A DNA stretch of 64,000 nt. It comes from Thermoanaerobaculia bacterium (GTDB taxonomy: Bacteria > Acidobacteriota > Thermoanaerobaculia > UBA5066). The DNA is taken from NCBI GenBank assembly GCA_038245905.1, contig JBBRRY010000006.1, forward strand, positions 32,001-96,000. The letters run 5' to 3'. The notes beneath the pieces were generated by a model that saw only the letters and a program-made list of their open reading frames with translations, did not search any database and had not been told where the DNA came from. Made by a program: the position numbers and the translations under genes. Positions 18,910 through 28,476 of this stretch are shown piece by piece. Each line of letters opens with the position of its first letter. The stretch's first letter is position 1.

Positions 18910-19836
18910 TCACGTGCGCATCTTGACCACGATCTCGGCCGGTTGCCCTGCGACGTACCGGAGTGAGCACTCGGCAAATCCCTCGCACCGGACGCAGATT
19001 CCATCACGGTCGCCCTTGAAGTCGACGGGTTTGCAGATGTTCACGCCGGGCGCGACGAGCTTCGCGAGCTCCGAGGCAAACTCGCGCTGGCGCGGCGGCG
19101 GGTCGCCGCCCCCCTGCGTCGCACGGCGGAGGTCCTCGACCTTCGGAAACAGCTCCCGGTTGCGTCGTTCGAGCGCCGCGTCCTCGCGCACCGCCCCCGC
19201 GGTCTTCACCGCGACCACGGCCTGTTTCGCGGCCTTCTTCGCGCGAGTCCCGCCGCGGTGACGGATCCAGAAAAAGAGAAACCCCGCCCCCGCTCCGGCG
19301 ACGCTCACGAAACCCGCGCCCGGCCGTCCGGCGAGCGTCGCCTGCAGGAGCCCCCAGGCGAGGCTCGCGAGCGCCAGCCAGGCAAGCCACTTCACCTTCA
19401 CCGGAATGACGAAGAAGATCAGGAACTGCATGTCGGGAAACAGGTACGCGTACGCGAAAAGCAGCGAGGCGCCCGTCAGGACCCCGCCCGAGAGCAGCGG
19501 AGTTCCGGTTGCGAGGGCCGCGAGCGAAGCGCCCAGCGTCGATATGAGCCAGAAGACCGTGAACTCGGCGGTCCCCCACTCCATCTCGAGGGCCGATCCG
19601 AGGATGTAGAGAACGAGCGTGCCGAAAAACAGCCCGAAGGGTTCCTGGTGGAGGAACTGATAGGTCAGGAACGTCCACGGCCTCTCGAACGCCGCGCCCG
19701 GATCGAATCCGAAGAGCGAGAACGTCCTCTTGGGATCCATCTTCACCAGGAAGAAGAAAATGAAGTGGAGGCCGCAGAGCGGCATCGTGAGGCCGAGCTT
19801 CGGCCCGAAAAGGTCGTTGCGGTCGTGCAGGCTCAT
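18910..19836 (-). CDS. Rhomboid-superfamily membrane protein with C-terminal Cys-rich tail
   Basis: PWTFLTYQFLH, GSALEMEWG..F..FW, FFVIPVKVKWLA; ATGA overlap with the mutL stop. Confidence 0.7.
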   Translation of the reverse strand: MSLHDRNDLFGPKLGLTMPLCGLHFIFFFLVKMDPKRTFSLFGFDPGAAFERPWTFLTYQFLHQEPFGLFFGTLVLYILGSALEMEWGTAEFTVFWLISTLGASLAALATGTPLLSGGVLTGASLLFAYAYLFPDMQFLIFFVIPVKVKWLAWLALASLAWGLLQATLAGRPGAGFVSVAGAGAGFLFFWIRHRGGTRAKKAAKQAVVAVKTAGAVREDAALERRNRELFPKVEDLRRATQGGGDPPPRQREFASELAKLVAPGVNICKPVDFKGDRDGICVRCEGFAECSLRYVAGQPAEIVVKMRT

Positions 19837-21683
19837 CCGCGCCTCCCGAAGCGCTTCTCGAGCTCCTCGTGCGAGAAGGTGAGAAGGATCGGGCGTCCGT
19901 GCGGGCATGTCCACGGATCCCGGCAAGCCGCGAGGTCGCTCAGAAGTCTCGCGGCCTCGGCCGGGGCGAGGCGATGATTGATCGTGATCGCGCCGCGGCA
20001 GGCGAGAGATGCCGCGAGGACCTCACGCCGGAGCGCGGACGACGGCTCGGAGCCTTCGGACAGCGCGGCGACGCGCGCGAGATAGTCGCGGAGCGCGGGC
20101 CGTACCGACGCGGCCGGTGTCTCGGGAGGCGCCGCGGAGACGAGGAACGTGCGGCCCGACAGCTCCGACACCAGGAAGCCCGCGTCCGAAAGCAGCGCCT
20201 CGGAGCCCGAGAGGAGAGCCGCCTCGTCCGGCGACGCCTCGAACACGACGGGCTCGAGAAGACTCTGGGAAGAGGTCCCGGCGGATTCGAGACGCGAGAG
20301 AAACTTCTCGTACCGCACGCGCTCGTGCGCCACGTGCTGGTCGATGAGGACGAGCCCGTCGGGACCTTCGGCGACGAGGAAGGAGTCATGGTACTGGCCG
20401 AGGAGCCTCAGTTCGCCGATCGGAGAAGAAGAGAGAAAAGAGGAGGGAGAAGAGGGATTCTCTTCTGAATAGGAAGAAAGCGACGGGCCGGGTGCGATCG
20501 CGTCGAGCAGCGTCCGCGTGTCCCCGCCGTCGCGCGTGGCGTCCGCGCCGTAGCGGGCAGGTCCCTCGCCGAGCCACGCCGCGGCCCCGCGCCCTCTTCC
20601 CCTTTCAAAGAAATCTTCTCTTCCTCCTTCTCTTCCTCCTTCTCTTCCTCTTCCGTCTCCGAAAGCATCCCCCTCGACCGCGATCGCGCTTTTTCCACCC
20701 GTCAGCGCCGCGACGAGGCCGCGGTGGACCAGGGAATGGACCGCGTTCGAATCGCGAAAGCGGACCTCGAGCTTCTGCGGGTGCACGTTCACGTCACAGA
20801 GCTCCGGGTCCAAGGTGAGAAAAAGAGCGAATGCGAGGTGGCGGTCCGAGCGGAGGACCTCGCGTGAGGCGAGGGAGACGGCGTGGAGAATGGTCGCATC
20901 CCGGATGGCGCGGCCGTTTACGAAAAACCACTGATGGGCGCGCGAGGGAAACGTGGTTTCGGCCGGCGTCACGGCGCCTGTCAGGGTCATGCCGCCGAAG
21001 GCGAAATCCACGTCAATGGGGCGCGCCGCGGCTGCGAGGCCCATGACTTCCCGAAACCGTGCTGCCGCGCCTTCCGCGGCGGGCAGGTCGAGCAGAAGGC
21101 GCGGACCCGCGCGCAGGGTGAACGCCACGTCGGGGCGCGAGAGAGCGAGGGCGGTGACCGCCTTCACGATGGCGCGCAACTCCGCCTCGGCGCTCTTCTG
21201 AAACTTGCGCCGCGCCGGGACGTTCCCGAAAAGGTCCTCCACGACGACGCGCGTGCCCTTCGGGTGCCGCGCCGGCGACACGCACGGAGGCGCACCGCGG
21301 TCGGCAACGACCTCGGTTCCGAGCCCGGACGCGTCCATGGACGTCGTGAGGACGAGGCGCGAGACGGACGCGATCGAGGGAAGCGCCTCGCCACGGAAGC
21401 CCATCGTGCCGATCCGGGTCATGTCCTCGAAGCTGCGGATCTTCGAGGTCGCGTGGCGTTCGAGAGCCATCCGCGCGTCCTCTCGCGACATGCCCGAACC
21501 GTCGTCCGTGACCTCGAGCCGCACGATCCCGCCGCCTTCCACGTCGACCGCGACGCGGCGGGCACAGGCGTCGAGCGCGTTCTCCAGGAGCTCCTTGACG
21601 GCGGACGCCGGACGCTCGACGACCTCGCCCGCGGCGATTTGATCGACGAGGGCGTCCGAAAGAACGCGAACGGGCCCGGGCAC
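19833..21683 (-). CDS. mutL: DNA mismatch repair endonuclease MutL
   Basis: IAAGEVVERPASAVKELLENALDA, GFRGEALPSI, DVNVHPQKLEVRF, DQHVAHER, ACR, CPHGRP. Confidence 0.97.
   Translation of the reverse strand: MPGPVRVLSDALVDQIAAGEVVERPASAVKELLENALDACARRVAVDVEGGGIVRLEVTDDGSGMSREDARMALERHATSKIRSFEDMTRIGTMGFRGEALPSIASVSRLVLTTSMDASGLGTEVVADRGAPPCVSPARHPKGTRVVVEDLFGNVPARRKFQKSAEAELRAIVKAVTALALSRPDVAFTLRAGPRLLLDLPAAEGAAARFREVMGLAAAARPIDVDFAFGGMTLTGAVTPAETTFPSRAHQWFFVNGRAIRDATILHAVSLASREVLRSDRHLAFALFLTLDPELCDVNVHPQKLEVRFRDSNAVHSLVHRGLVAALTGGKSAIAVEGDAFGDGRGREGGREGGREDFFERGRGRGAAAWLGEGPARYGADATRDGGDTRTLLDAIAPGPSLSSYSEENPSSPSSFLSSSPIGELRLLGQYHDSFLVAEGPDGLVLIDQHVAHERVRYEKFLSRLESAGTSSQSLLEPVVFEASPDEAALLSGSEALLSDAGFLVSELSGRTFLVSAAPPETPAASVRPALRDYLARVAALSEGSEPSSALRREVLAASLACRGAITINHRLAPAEAARLLSDLAACRDPWTCPHGRPILLTFSHEELEKRFGRRG
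20616..20651. repeat. 12-bp tandem repeat (TTCTCTTCCTCC x3, last copy imperfect) in the MutL linker
   Basis: Seen directly; encodes GREG repeats. Confidence 0.8.
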
Positions 21684-21693
21684 GGGCGGGATG

Positions 21694-23106
21694 TTAGCGG
21701 TTCTTCAGAACGGTGACGGCCCTCTCGACATCCTCGAGCTCCCGCGGCAGGTCGCACGACAGGCACTCCGGGCCCTTCTCGGTGACGAGGACGTCGTCCT
21801 CGATGCGCACGCCGGTGTTCCACCACTTCGAGTCGACGCCTTCCGTCTTCTCGGGAATGTAGATACCGGGCTCGACCGTGAGGACCATCCCGGGCCGGAG
21901 CTTCGCTCCGTAGGACATGCTTGCCGCGAACCGGTCCTTCGGGTCGGGCAACGCGCCCGGCTCGTAGCTCCCCGCATCGTGGACGTCGAGGCCGAGCCAG
22001 TGTCCGGCCCCGTGCGGGAGGAACTTCGCGAACGAGCGGTCCTTCACGAGGTCTTCGCGCGTGCCCTTCAGGAGTCCGAGCTTCACGAGGCCATCCACGA
22101 CCACCGCGACGGCAGTGTCCTGGATCTCGTGATACGCGGCGCCCGGGAGGGCCTTCGCGATCCCGGCCTTCTGCGCCGCGAGGACGATCTCGTAGAGCGC
22201 CTTCTGCTCCGCTGAGAACTTTCCGCTCACGGGATACGTCCGCGTGATGTCCGCCGCGTACATCCCGTACTCGCAGGCCGTGTCGTTCACGAGGACTTCG
22301 CCCGCCGCCATCGTGCGGCTCGCGTCCGGGTAGTGGAAGACGACGGAGTTCGGCCCGGAGCCGACGATCGGCGGGTAGGCCATGCGCACCCCGCCGCCCA
22401 CGAGACACGCCGAGACCTGGGCGGCCTTCAGGACACCTTCGTTCACGCCGGCGCCTGCGAGCGCCATCGCGGCGAGATGGCCGCGCACGCTGAGCGCCAC
22501 GGCCTCGCGCATGAGCGCGAGCTCGGTCGCGTCCTTCACGAGGCGCATCTGGCCGGCGTGGACCGAAACGTCGGTCGCGGCCAGCCCCTCTGTCCCGGCG
22601 TGCGCCATGCGATTCCAGCCGGTCAGCAGCTTCTCGCGGAACTCCTCGTCGCCCGCGTCAAGGTAGAAGAGCGACTTCGCGCCGCGCATCGCGTCCTTAA
22701 ATTCCTTCTCGAAGTCCGCAACAGGAAAGGCCGAGTCGGCTCCGTACATCTTCTTCGCGCCCTCGATCCCGGCCCGGCGGCCCGTCCACTGCTCGGCGCG
22801 CCACTCGTTCGGGCGCACGAAGAGGAGGTACCGCTTGCCCTCCGGCGCGGAGAGCCGGAGAACGGCGATTGAATCCGGCTCGGCGAAGCCCGTCAGATAC
22901 CAGAAGTTCGAGTCGGCTCGGTACGCGTCGCCGACCTCGACGGGCGGCTCGGCCGGCGCGCGGAGAACGACGACGGCGTCCTTCGGGAGCTTCAGGGCGA
23001 GCGCGGCGCGGTGCGCGGCGAACCACTCGGGACCTGGCGCGGGCGGGCCGGCGAGGACGGCGGACGAGGAAACGAGAAGGGCCGCGGCGAGCGACACGAG
23101 GCGCAT
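21694..23106 (-). CDS. pepP: Xaa-Pro aminopeptidase (M24B), with apparent signal peptide
   Basis: FWYLTGFAEP, DTACEYGMYAADITRT, HWLGLDVHD, TVEPGIY, GVRIEDD. Confidence 0.9.
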   Translation of the reverse strand: MRLVSLAAALLVSSSAVLAGPPAPGPEWFAAHRAALALKLPKDAVVVLRAPAEPPVEVGDAYRADSNFWYLTGFAEPDSIAVLRLSAPEGKRYLLFVRPNEWRAEQWTGRRAGIEGAKKMYGADSAFPVADFEKEFKDAMRGAKSLFYLDAGDEEFREKLLTGWNRMAHAGTEGLAATDVSVHAGQMRLVKDATELALMREAVALSVRGHLAAMALAGAGVNEGVLKAAQVSACLVGGGVRMAYPPIVGSGPNSVVFHYPDASRTMAAGEVLVNDTACEYGMYAADITRTYPVSGKFSAEQKALYEIVLAAQKAGIAKALPGAAYHEIQDTAVAVVVDGLVKLGLLKGTREDLVKDRSFAKFLPHGAGHWLGLDVHDAGSYEPGALPDPKDRFAASMSYGAKLRPGMVLTVEPGIYIPEKTEGVDSKWWNTGVRIEDDVLVTEKGPECLSCDLPRELEDVERAVTVLKNR

Positions 23107-23146
23107 GGGTTCCTCCAGTGGGCCGGAGTCTAGTCGGGTCGCTGTC

Positions 23147-23938
23147 TCAGACGGGGCCGGGTGCCGGCAATCGGCGCCCCTCCTCGACCCGACCGAGCAG
23201 CCTGAGCAGGCCGTCCAGGATCGTGAGCGGGTGCGGCGGGCAGCCGGGAATGAAGAGGTCGACGGGGACCACGGACGACGCGCCGCCGTGCTGCTCCGGA
23301 TGGCCCGCGTACGGTCCCCCGCTGATCGCGCAGGCTCCGACGGCGATGACGATCTTCGGCTCCGGGACCGCGTCGTACGTCTTCCGGAGCGCGAGCCGCA
23401 TGTTCTCGGTCACGGGCCCCGTGACGAGGAGGCCGTCCGCGTGGCGCGGAGACGCGACGTAGTTGATCCCGAACCGTCCGAGGTCCCAGCCGATCGTGCC
23501 GAGCACGTTGACGTCCGTGCTGCACGCGTTGCAGTCGCCTGCGCTCACGACGCGCAGCTTCAAGGAACGGCCGAAGAGGCGGAGGAGCTTCCGGTCGAGC
23601 GCCTTCGCGAGTGCGAGCTCCTGACCGCGCGCGACGAGGTCGTCCCGCCCGCGGGTCGCGAGGCGGTAGTCGTTCGTGAAGGCGACGGCGCCCTCCGGGC
23701 AGGCCTCGACGCACGCCGTGCAGAAGAGGCACTTGCCGAGATCGAGGGCGAGCGGCCCCTCCCCGGCGATCGCGTCCGTCGGGCAGACGTCGGCGCAGGA
23801 GCGGCAGCCGTCCGGGCACTTCGCGGGATCGAGCGCGGGGGCGCCCCGGAACCGGTCTGGCAGCGCGGGGGGCTCGCCCGCCGGGAACTCCATCGTCCGG
23901 TGGCCCTGGTGTGCGCGCGCGAGCAGCGCTTTCAGCAT
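23147..23938 (-). CDS. Ehr/hydrogenase-4-like small subunit (ferredoxin domain + NuoB/HyfI-like domain)
   Basis: CxxCxxxCP ferredoxin motifs; CNAC, SPRHADGLLVTG, GACAISGG, PGCPP. Confidence 0.9.
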   Translation of the reverse strand: MLKALLARAHQGHRTMEFPAGEPPALPDRFRGAPALDPAKCPDGCRSCADVCPTDAIAGEGPLALDLGKCLFCTACVEACPEGAVAFTNDYRLATRGRDDLVARGQELALAKALDRKLLRLFGRSLKLRVVSAGDCNACSTDVNVLGTIGWDLGRFGINYVASPRHADGLLVTGPVTENMRLALRKTYDAVPEPKIVIAVGACAISGGPYAGHPEQHGGASSVVPVDLFIPGCPPHPLTILDGLLRLLGRVEEGRRLPAPGPV

Positions 23939-23948
23939 CGGAACTCCC

Positions 23949-25487
23949 TCACAGGTCGTGGCCGCAATAGGAGAGGTTGAAGCTCTTGTTGCACAGCGGG
24001 AAGTCCGAAATCTGGCCGTCCCTCAGCGCGAGCGCGAGAGCGAACCAGTTGTGGAAGGACGGATCGGTGATCTTGTAGCGGGAGAAGAGCCCGGCCGCGT
24101 CGGTCACGGCGACGTGACAGACCTCCCCGCGCCAGCCCTCCGTGAGCGACACGACGAGCGCCTCCGGCTTCATCGCGCCCGGGACGACGGAGGTCCCGCC
24201 CGCGGGCAGCTCGTCGAGCTGGTCGAGGATGAACGAGATCGACTGCTGGATCTCGAGCCAGCGGACGTAGGCGCGCGAGTTGACGTCTCCGTGGTGCGCC
24301 GTCATGACGGGAAGGTGGACGAAGCGGTAGATGCCCGCGGGGAAATCGTGCCGAACGTCCCGCAGGATGCTGCACGCGCGCGCGGCAGGCCCGACGAGTC
24401 CCAGGCTTTCCGCGTCCTCCTGCGAAACGGTCCCTGTCCCGTCGAAGCGCTCCCTCACACTCGGCGTCTCCCAGAGGAGCTCCACCGCCTCCGTGACGTC
24501 GCGCCGCGCCACGGCGATCCGGGACCTGAGGGCGTCCACCTGAGCGGGGAGGAGGTCGAAGCCGACGCCGCCCGGCCGGACGAGGCCCCGCCCGAAGCGC
24601 GAGCCGCAGATCTCGGCCGTCATGTTCAGGAAATCTCCGCGCAGGCGTCCGCAATAGGAAGCCGTGGGGAGATACGCGACGTCACCCGCGAGCGCCCCAA
24701 GGTCTCCCACGTGGTTCGCCAGCCGCTCGAGCTCCAGCGCGACGCCGCGGATCGCGTGGGCACGCGCCGGAACGGGCGCACCCGCCAGCGCCTCGACCGC
24801 CTGTGCGTAAGCGAGGGCGTGGCCGATGGTCGTGTCGCCCGCGACGGTCTCCATGTACGGGAGGGTCCGCTTCGTCGGCCCACCGAGGAGCGCGCGTTCG
24901 ACGCCGCGATGCTGGTATCCGAGAGCGATCTCGAGGTGGAAGACCCGCTCGCCGTGGCACTGGAACCGGAAGTGTCCGGGCTCGATCACGCCGGCGTGGA
25001 CCGGCCCGACTGCGACTTCGTGCACCTCGTCTCCCTCGACGCGGAAGAACTCCGTTACTCCCGGCAGGATCGGGGCGTCGGGCGGCCGCTCCCAGGCGTC
25101 GCGATTCGGGCGATACGAAGGGTGGAAACGAACGGGCTTGAACCAGGGGTGTCCCTCGAACGCCAGGCCGAACTGCTCGGCGATCTCCCGCTCGAAGAGA
25201 TGCGCCTGCGCGACCTCGGGGACGACGGACCCGAAGGAGGTGCCGCCCGCGGTCGTGCGTGCGACGGAGAGCCGCCCGTTCGGGTCGTCCGCGAGCACGG
25301 CGAAGAGCGAGAGGCCGTCGTCCCCTCCCCGCTCCCCGACCCGGTCCGCGCCGAAATACGAGACGACGCGTCTTCTCTTCTCGCGGACGCCGTCGACGAG
25401 CCACGTGCGGAACGCGGGGGGCTCGAGCCAGGGCACGTCCCTGAGCGGGAAGGCGCGCCCGTTCCGGATTACGACGCCCGGCGTCAC
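23949..25487 (-). CDS. Ehr large subunit (HyfG/NuoCD-like) lacking NiFe-binding CxxC motifs
   Basis: FEREIAEQFGL.F.GHP, GPVHAGVIEPGHFRF; ETVAGDTTIGH in place of RxCGxC; C-terminus DFPLCNKSFNLSYCGHDL. Confidence 0.9.
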   Translation of the reverse strand: MTPGVVIRNGRAFPLRDVPWLEPPAFRTWLVDGVREKRRRVVSYFGADRVGERGGDDGLSLFAVLADDPNGRLSVARTTAGGTSFGSVVPEVAQAHLFEREIAEQFGLAFEGHPWFKPVRFHPSYRPNRDAWERPPDAPILPGVTEFFRVEGDEVHEVAVGPVHAGVIEPGHFRFQCHGERVFHLEIALGYQHRGVERALLGGPTKRTLPYMETVAGDTTIGHALAYAQAVEALAGAPVPARAHAIRGVALELERLANHVGDLGALAGDVAYLPTASYCGRLRGDFLNMTAEICGSRFGRGLVRPGGVGFDLLPAQVDALRSRIAVARRDVTEAVELLWETPSVRERFDGTGTVSQEDAESLGLVGPAARACSILRDVRHDFPAGIYRFVHLPVMTAHHGDVNSRAYVRWLEIQQSISFILDQLDELPAGGTSVVPGAMKPEALVVSLTEGWRGEVCHVAVTDAAGLFSRYKITDPSFHNWFALALALRDGQISDFPLCNKSFNLSYCGHDL

Positions 25488-26917
25488 GAGGCGCCCTCCA
25501 GCGTCTTCGCGGCCGTGACGACCAGGTCGTACACCGCGTCGGGGATCCAGACCCCCATGACGACGACCATCGTCAGCGCGACGAGCATCGGGGCGACTTT
25601 CCAGAAGCCGTCCCGAAAGTCGGTTGTCGCGCCCGCGGGCGAAACCGGCCCTTGGACCACCGCGAGAACGGTCGCACCCATGCCGATGAAAATGATGACG
25701 AGGAAGACGAGGAAGAGGGCCGCCACCGCGTAGTGGCCTCCCGACATCGCGCCCGAGAGGATCGTGAACTCGCTGATGAACGGCCCGAACGGCGGCGAGC
25801 CCGTGATCGCGAGAAAGCCCGCGAGGAAGAGAGCGCCCGACAGCGGGACGCGCCGAAGTGCCCCGCTCACCTTGTCGATCGTCTTGCTGCCGTAGGCGCG
25901 GTGGATGTTTCCGGCGGACAGGAAGAGGACGACCTTAGTCAGAGCGTTGTTGATGACGTGAAGGAGCGCGCCGACGAGTGCGATGCCGCCGACCCCGACG
26001 CCGATGACGAGGATTCCCATGTGCTCGACGCTCGAGTACGCGAGCATCCGCTTGAAATCGCGCTGCCCGGCCATGAACGCCGCGGCGACGGCCATCGACA
26101 CGAGCCCGAAGCCGAGGAAGAGTTCACGCGCGAACGCTCCTTCGCCGGCCGCCTGCATCACGCGATAGACCCGGAGGAGGGCGAGGAACGCGCAGTTCGT
26201 CATTCCGCCGGCGAGGAGGGCGCCGATGATCCCGGGGGCCTCGCCGTAAGCGTCCGGCTTCCAGGTGTGCATCGGTGCGAGCCCCATCTTCGTGCCGTAG
26301 CCCACGACGAGGAGAACGAACCCGGCCCTCAGCCAAGGCCGGGACAGCCCGCTCCCGTGCTCGAGCAACGACGCGAAGAGGAGGCTCTCGTCTCCCGAGG
26401 CGCCGTGCAGCGCGGCGTACGCCACGAAGAGCGAGCCGAGGAGCGCGAGCGCGATCCCGACCGACCCGATCATGAGGTACTTCCACGCGGCTTCGAGCGA
26501 GCGGGCGTTTTGGTTGAAGTAGATCAGGACGGCCGTGGAGAGCGTCGCGCCCTCGACGGCGACCCACACGACGGCGAGGTGCTGCGCCACGGTGATTGAG
26601 GTCGTCATCGACAGGAAGGTCAAAAGGCAGACGCAGAACACGAGGTTCGGCCGCTCGCTGCGGATCCTGAGGTATCCGACGCCGTAGAACGCACAGAGAG
26701 TGAAGAGAACGGAGATGACGACGAGGATCAGGTGCCCGAGCGCGTCGGCGACGAACCACCCGCCGAGAGCCGAGTCGCCCGTCCGCACCGAGAGCGCGCC
26801 CCCGAGGTGAAGGAGGCCGACCCCGGCGACGATCAGCGGCCGAATCCGTCCCGAGGGCGTCGCGAAGGCCGCGAGAGCACCGAGGAGCGGCAGGAGGATG
26901 AGACCGAGCAGCAGCAT
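25484..26917 (-). CDS. hyfF: HyfF-like proton-translocating antiporter subunit
   Basis: SLEAAWKY, GYGTKMGLAPMHTWKPDAYGEAP, KRMLAYSSVEH. Confidence 0.88.
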   Translation of the reverse strand: MLLLGLILLPLLGALAAFATPSGRIRPLIVAGVGLLHLGGALSVRTGDSALGGWFVADALGHLILVVISVLFTLCAFYGVGYLRIRSERPNLVFCVCLLTFLSMTTSITVAQHLAVVWVAVEGATLSTAVLIYFNQNARSLEAAWKYLMIGSVGIALALLGSLFVAYAALHGASGDESLLFASLLEHGSGLSRPWLRAGFVLLVVGYGTKMGLAPMHTWKPDAYGEAPGIIGALLAGGMTNCAFLALLRVYRVMQAAGEGAFARELFLGFGLVSMAVAAAFMAGQRDFKRMLAYSSVEHMGILVIGVGVGGIALVGALLHVINNALTKVVLFLSAGNIHRAYGSKTIDKVSGALRRVPLSGALFLAGFLAITGSPPFGPFISEFTILSGAMSGGHYAVAALFLVFLVIIFIGMGATVLAVVQGPVSPAGATTDFRDGFWKVAPMLVALTMVVVMGVWIPDAVYDLVVTAAKTLEGAS

Positions 26918-26921
26918 CGCG

Positions 26922-27563
26922 TCAGTCCCTGAGCTCCGAGAGGCGCTCCGTGTCGAGCGAGCCGAACTCCCGCTGGATGTGGTTCATGACGATTCCCATG
27001 ACGAAGATCCCGACGAGAAGGTCCAGAAGGACGCCCACCTCCACGAGCGTCGGCATCGCCTCGTGGAGAAGCTGCGCGAAGACGAAAATTCCGTTCTCGA
27101 GGATGAGGTATCCCGTGACCTGCGAGATCGCCTTGCGCCGCGTCGTCAGGAGGAGGAACCCCGCGAAGAGCGTCGCGAGCGCGACCGGGACGACCAGCAG
27201 GTCGCGGTGAGCCGGCATCAGCGGAAGACGGCCCGCGAAGAGAGCGGCGCCGCCCGTCCCGACCGCCAGGAGGAGCACCGAGGGGACGAGGCCCAGATAG
27301 GGCTCCATCTCCTGTTGAATGTGCACCTCGCGCAAGGCCCTGAGGAGCATCCCCGGGATGATGAAGGCCTTGACGGCCCCCGCCACGATCACGAGGCCGA
27401 GGAGGCGGGCCGTCGGCTCCGGTGAGAAGAACAGCGGGAAGACGCTGACGAAAAAGCCTTGCAGGGCCGCCGCCCGGATGCACGCCTTGAGGTTCGAGGA
27501 GCCGAGCGCGAGGAAGTTCATCGTGACGGCGAGGATGAGGAGAGACGAAGCGACTTCTCTCAT
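26922..27563 (-). CDS. hyfE: HyfE-like membrane subunit
   Basis: KAFIIP, GYLILENGIF, VEVGVLLD; position in the operon. Confidence 0.85.
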   Translation of the reverse strand: MREVASSLLILAVTMNFLALGSSNLKACIRAAALQGFFVSVFPLFFSPEPTARLLGLVIVAGAVKAFIIPGMLLRALREVHIQQEMEPYLGLVPSVLLLAVGTGGAALFAGRLPLMPAHRDLLVVPVALATLFAGFLLLTTRRKAISQVTGYLILENGIFVFAQLLHEAMPTLVEVGVLLDLLVGIFVMGIVMNHIQREFGSLDTERLSELRD

Positions 27564-27567
27564 CGTC

Positions 27568-28476
27568 TTACCTCAGGACCAGGACGACGGCGAACCCCGC
27601 GAGGAGCGTCGCCGTGACGAGAAGCTGGGGAACGCGCACGAGCCTGAGACGCGCCATGCTCGATTCCACGAGACCCACGACGACGCTGACCCCGACGAGG
27701 CCGGCCGCGAAGATCGTGAGATCGAGCGCGGCCGAGCCCGACCGGTACGGGATCAGGAGCGTCACGATCAGCGTCTCGAAGACGGCGAGCTTCAGCGCGG
27801 CTCCGTATAGGATGAAGCCAAACGCCGGCCCCGCGTGGTCGAGGACCATCACCTCGTGGATCATCGTCAGCTCGAGATGCGTGTTCGGGTCGTCGAACGG
27901 CACACGCGCGTTCTCGGCGAGGAGGACGATGAACCAGCTCGCGAGGATGAGGACGATGGAGGCGCTCGCCTTCTGCCAGGCCGCCGCGGCGTTGAGGTCG
28001 AGCATCCCCGTCAGCGTCAACGATCCGGACAGGCGCGTGAGCGCGAGCATTCCGAAGAGGAGAGCCGGCTCCGCGAGCGCCGAGAAGGTCACCTCTCGCG
28101 CCGCGCCCATCCCTTCGAACGGAGAGCCCGTATCCATCGCCGCGGCGGAGACGAAGAACCGCGCAAGGGCGAAGACACCGACGAAGAGAATCATGTCCCC
28201 CGTGAACGACAGGAGAGCGGGCTGGCCTCCGAGAGGCAGCAGGAGCGCCGCGACGAAAGGCGCGGCGACGGACAGGACCGGCCCCGCGAGGAAAATCCAC
28301 GTCGTCGTCGAGCTCACGACGAATCCCTTCCTCAGGAGCTTGGCGAGGTCGTAGTAGGCCTGCAGGAGCGGAGGGCCGGTGCGCCCGGCGACGAGGGCCT
28401 TCGTCCGGTTGATCACGCCGAGGAGGAACGGCGCGAGGACCAGCACGGCGGCGAGGTTGGCGATCGAACTCACCAT
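27568..28476 (-). CDS. hyfC: HyfC/HycD (NuoH-like) membrane subunit
   Basis: GRTGPPLLQAYYDL.KL, DTGSPFEGMGAARE, ENARVPFDDPNTHLELTMIHE. Confidence 0.9.
   Translation of the reverse strand: MVSSIANLAAVLVLAPFLLGVINRTKALVAGRTGPPLLQAYYDLAKLLRKGFVVSSTTTWIFLAGPVLSVAAPFVAALLLPLGGQPALLSFTGDMILFVGVFALARFFVSAAAMDTGSPFEGMGAAREVTFSALAEPALLFGMLALTRLSGSLTLTGMLDLNAAAAWQKASASIVLILASWFIVLLAENARVPFDDPNTHLELTMIHEVMVLDHAGPAFGFILYGAALKLAVFETLIVTLLIPYRSGSAALDLTIFAAGLVGVSVVVGLVESSMARLRLVRVPQLLVTATLLAGFAVVLVLR

Noticed and set aside
23949-25487. NiFe hydrogenase / formate hydrogenlyase call
   Set aside because: Both CxxC Ni-binding motifs are absent
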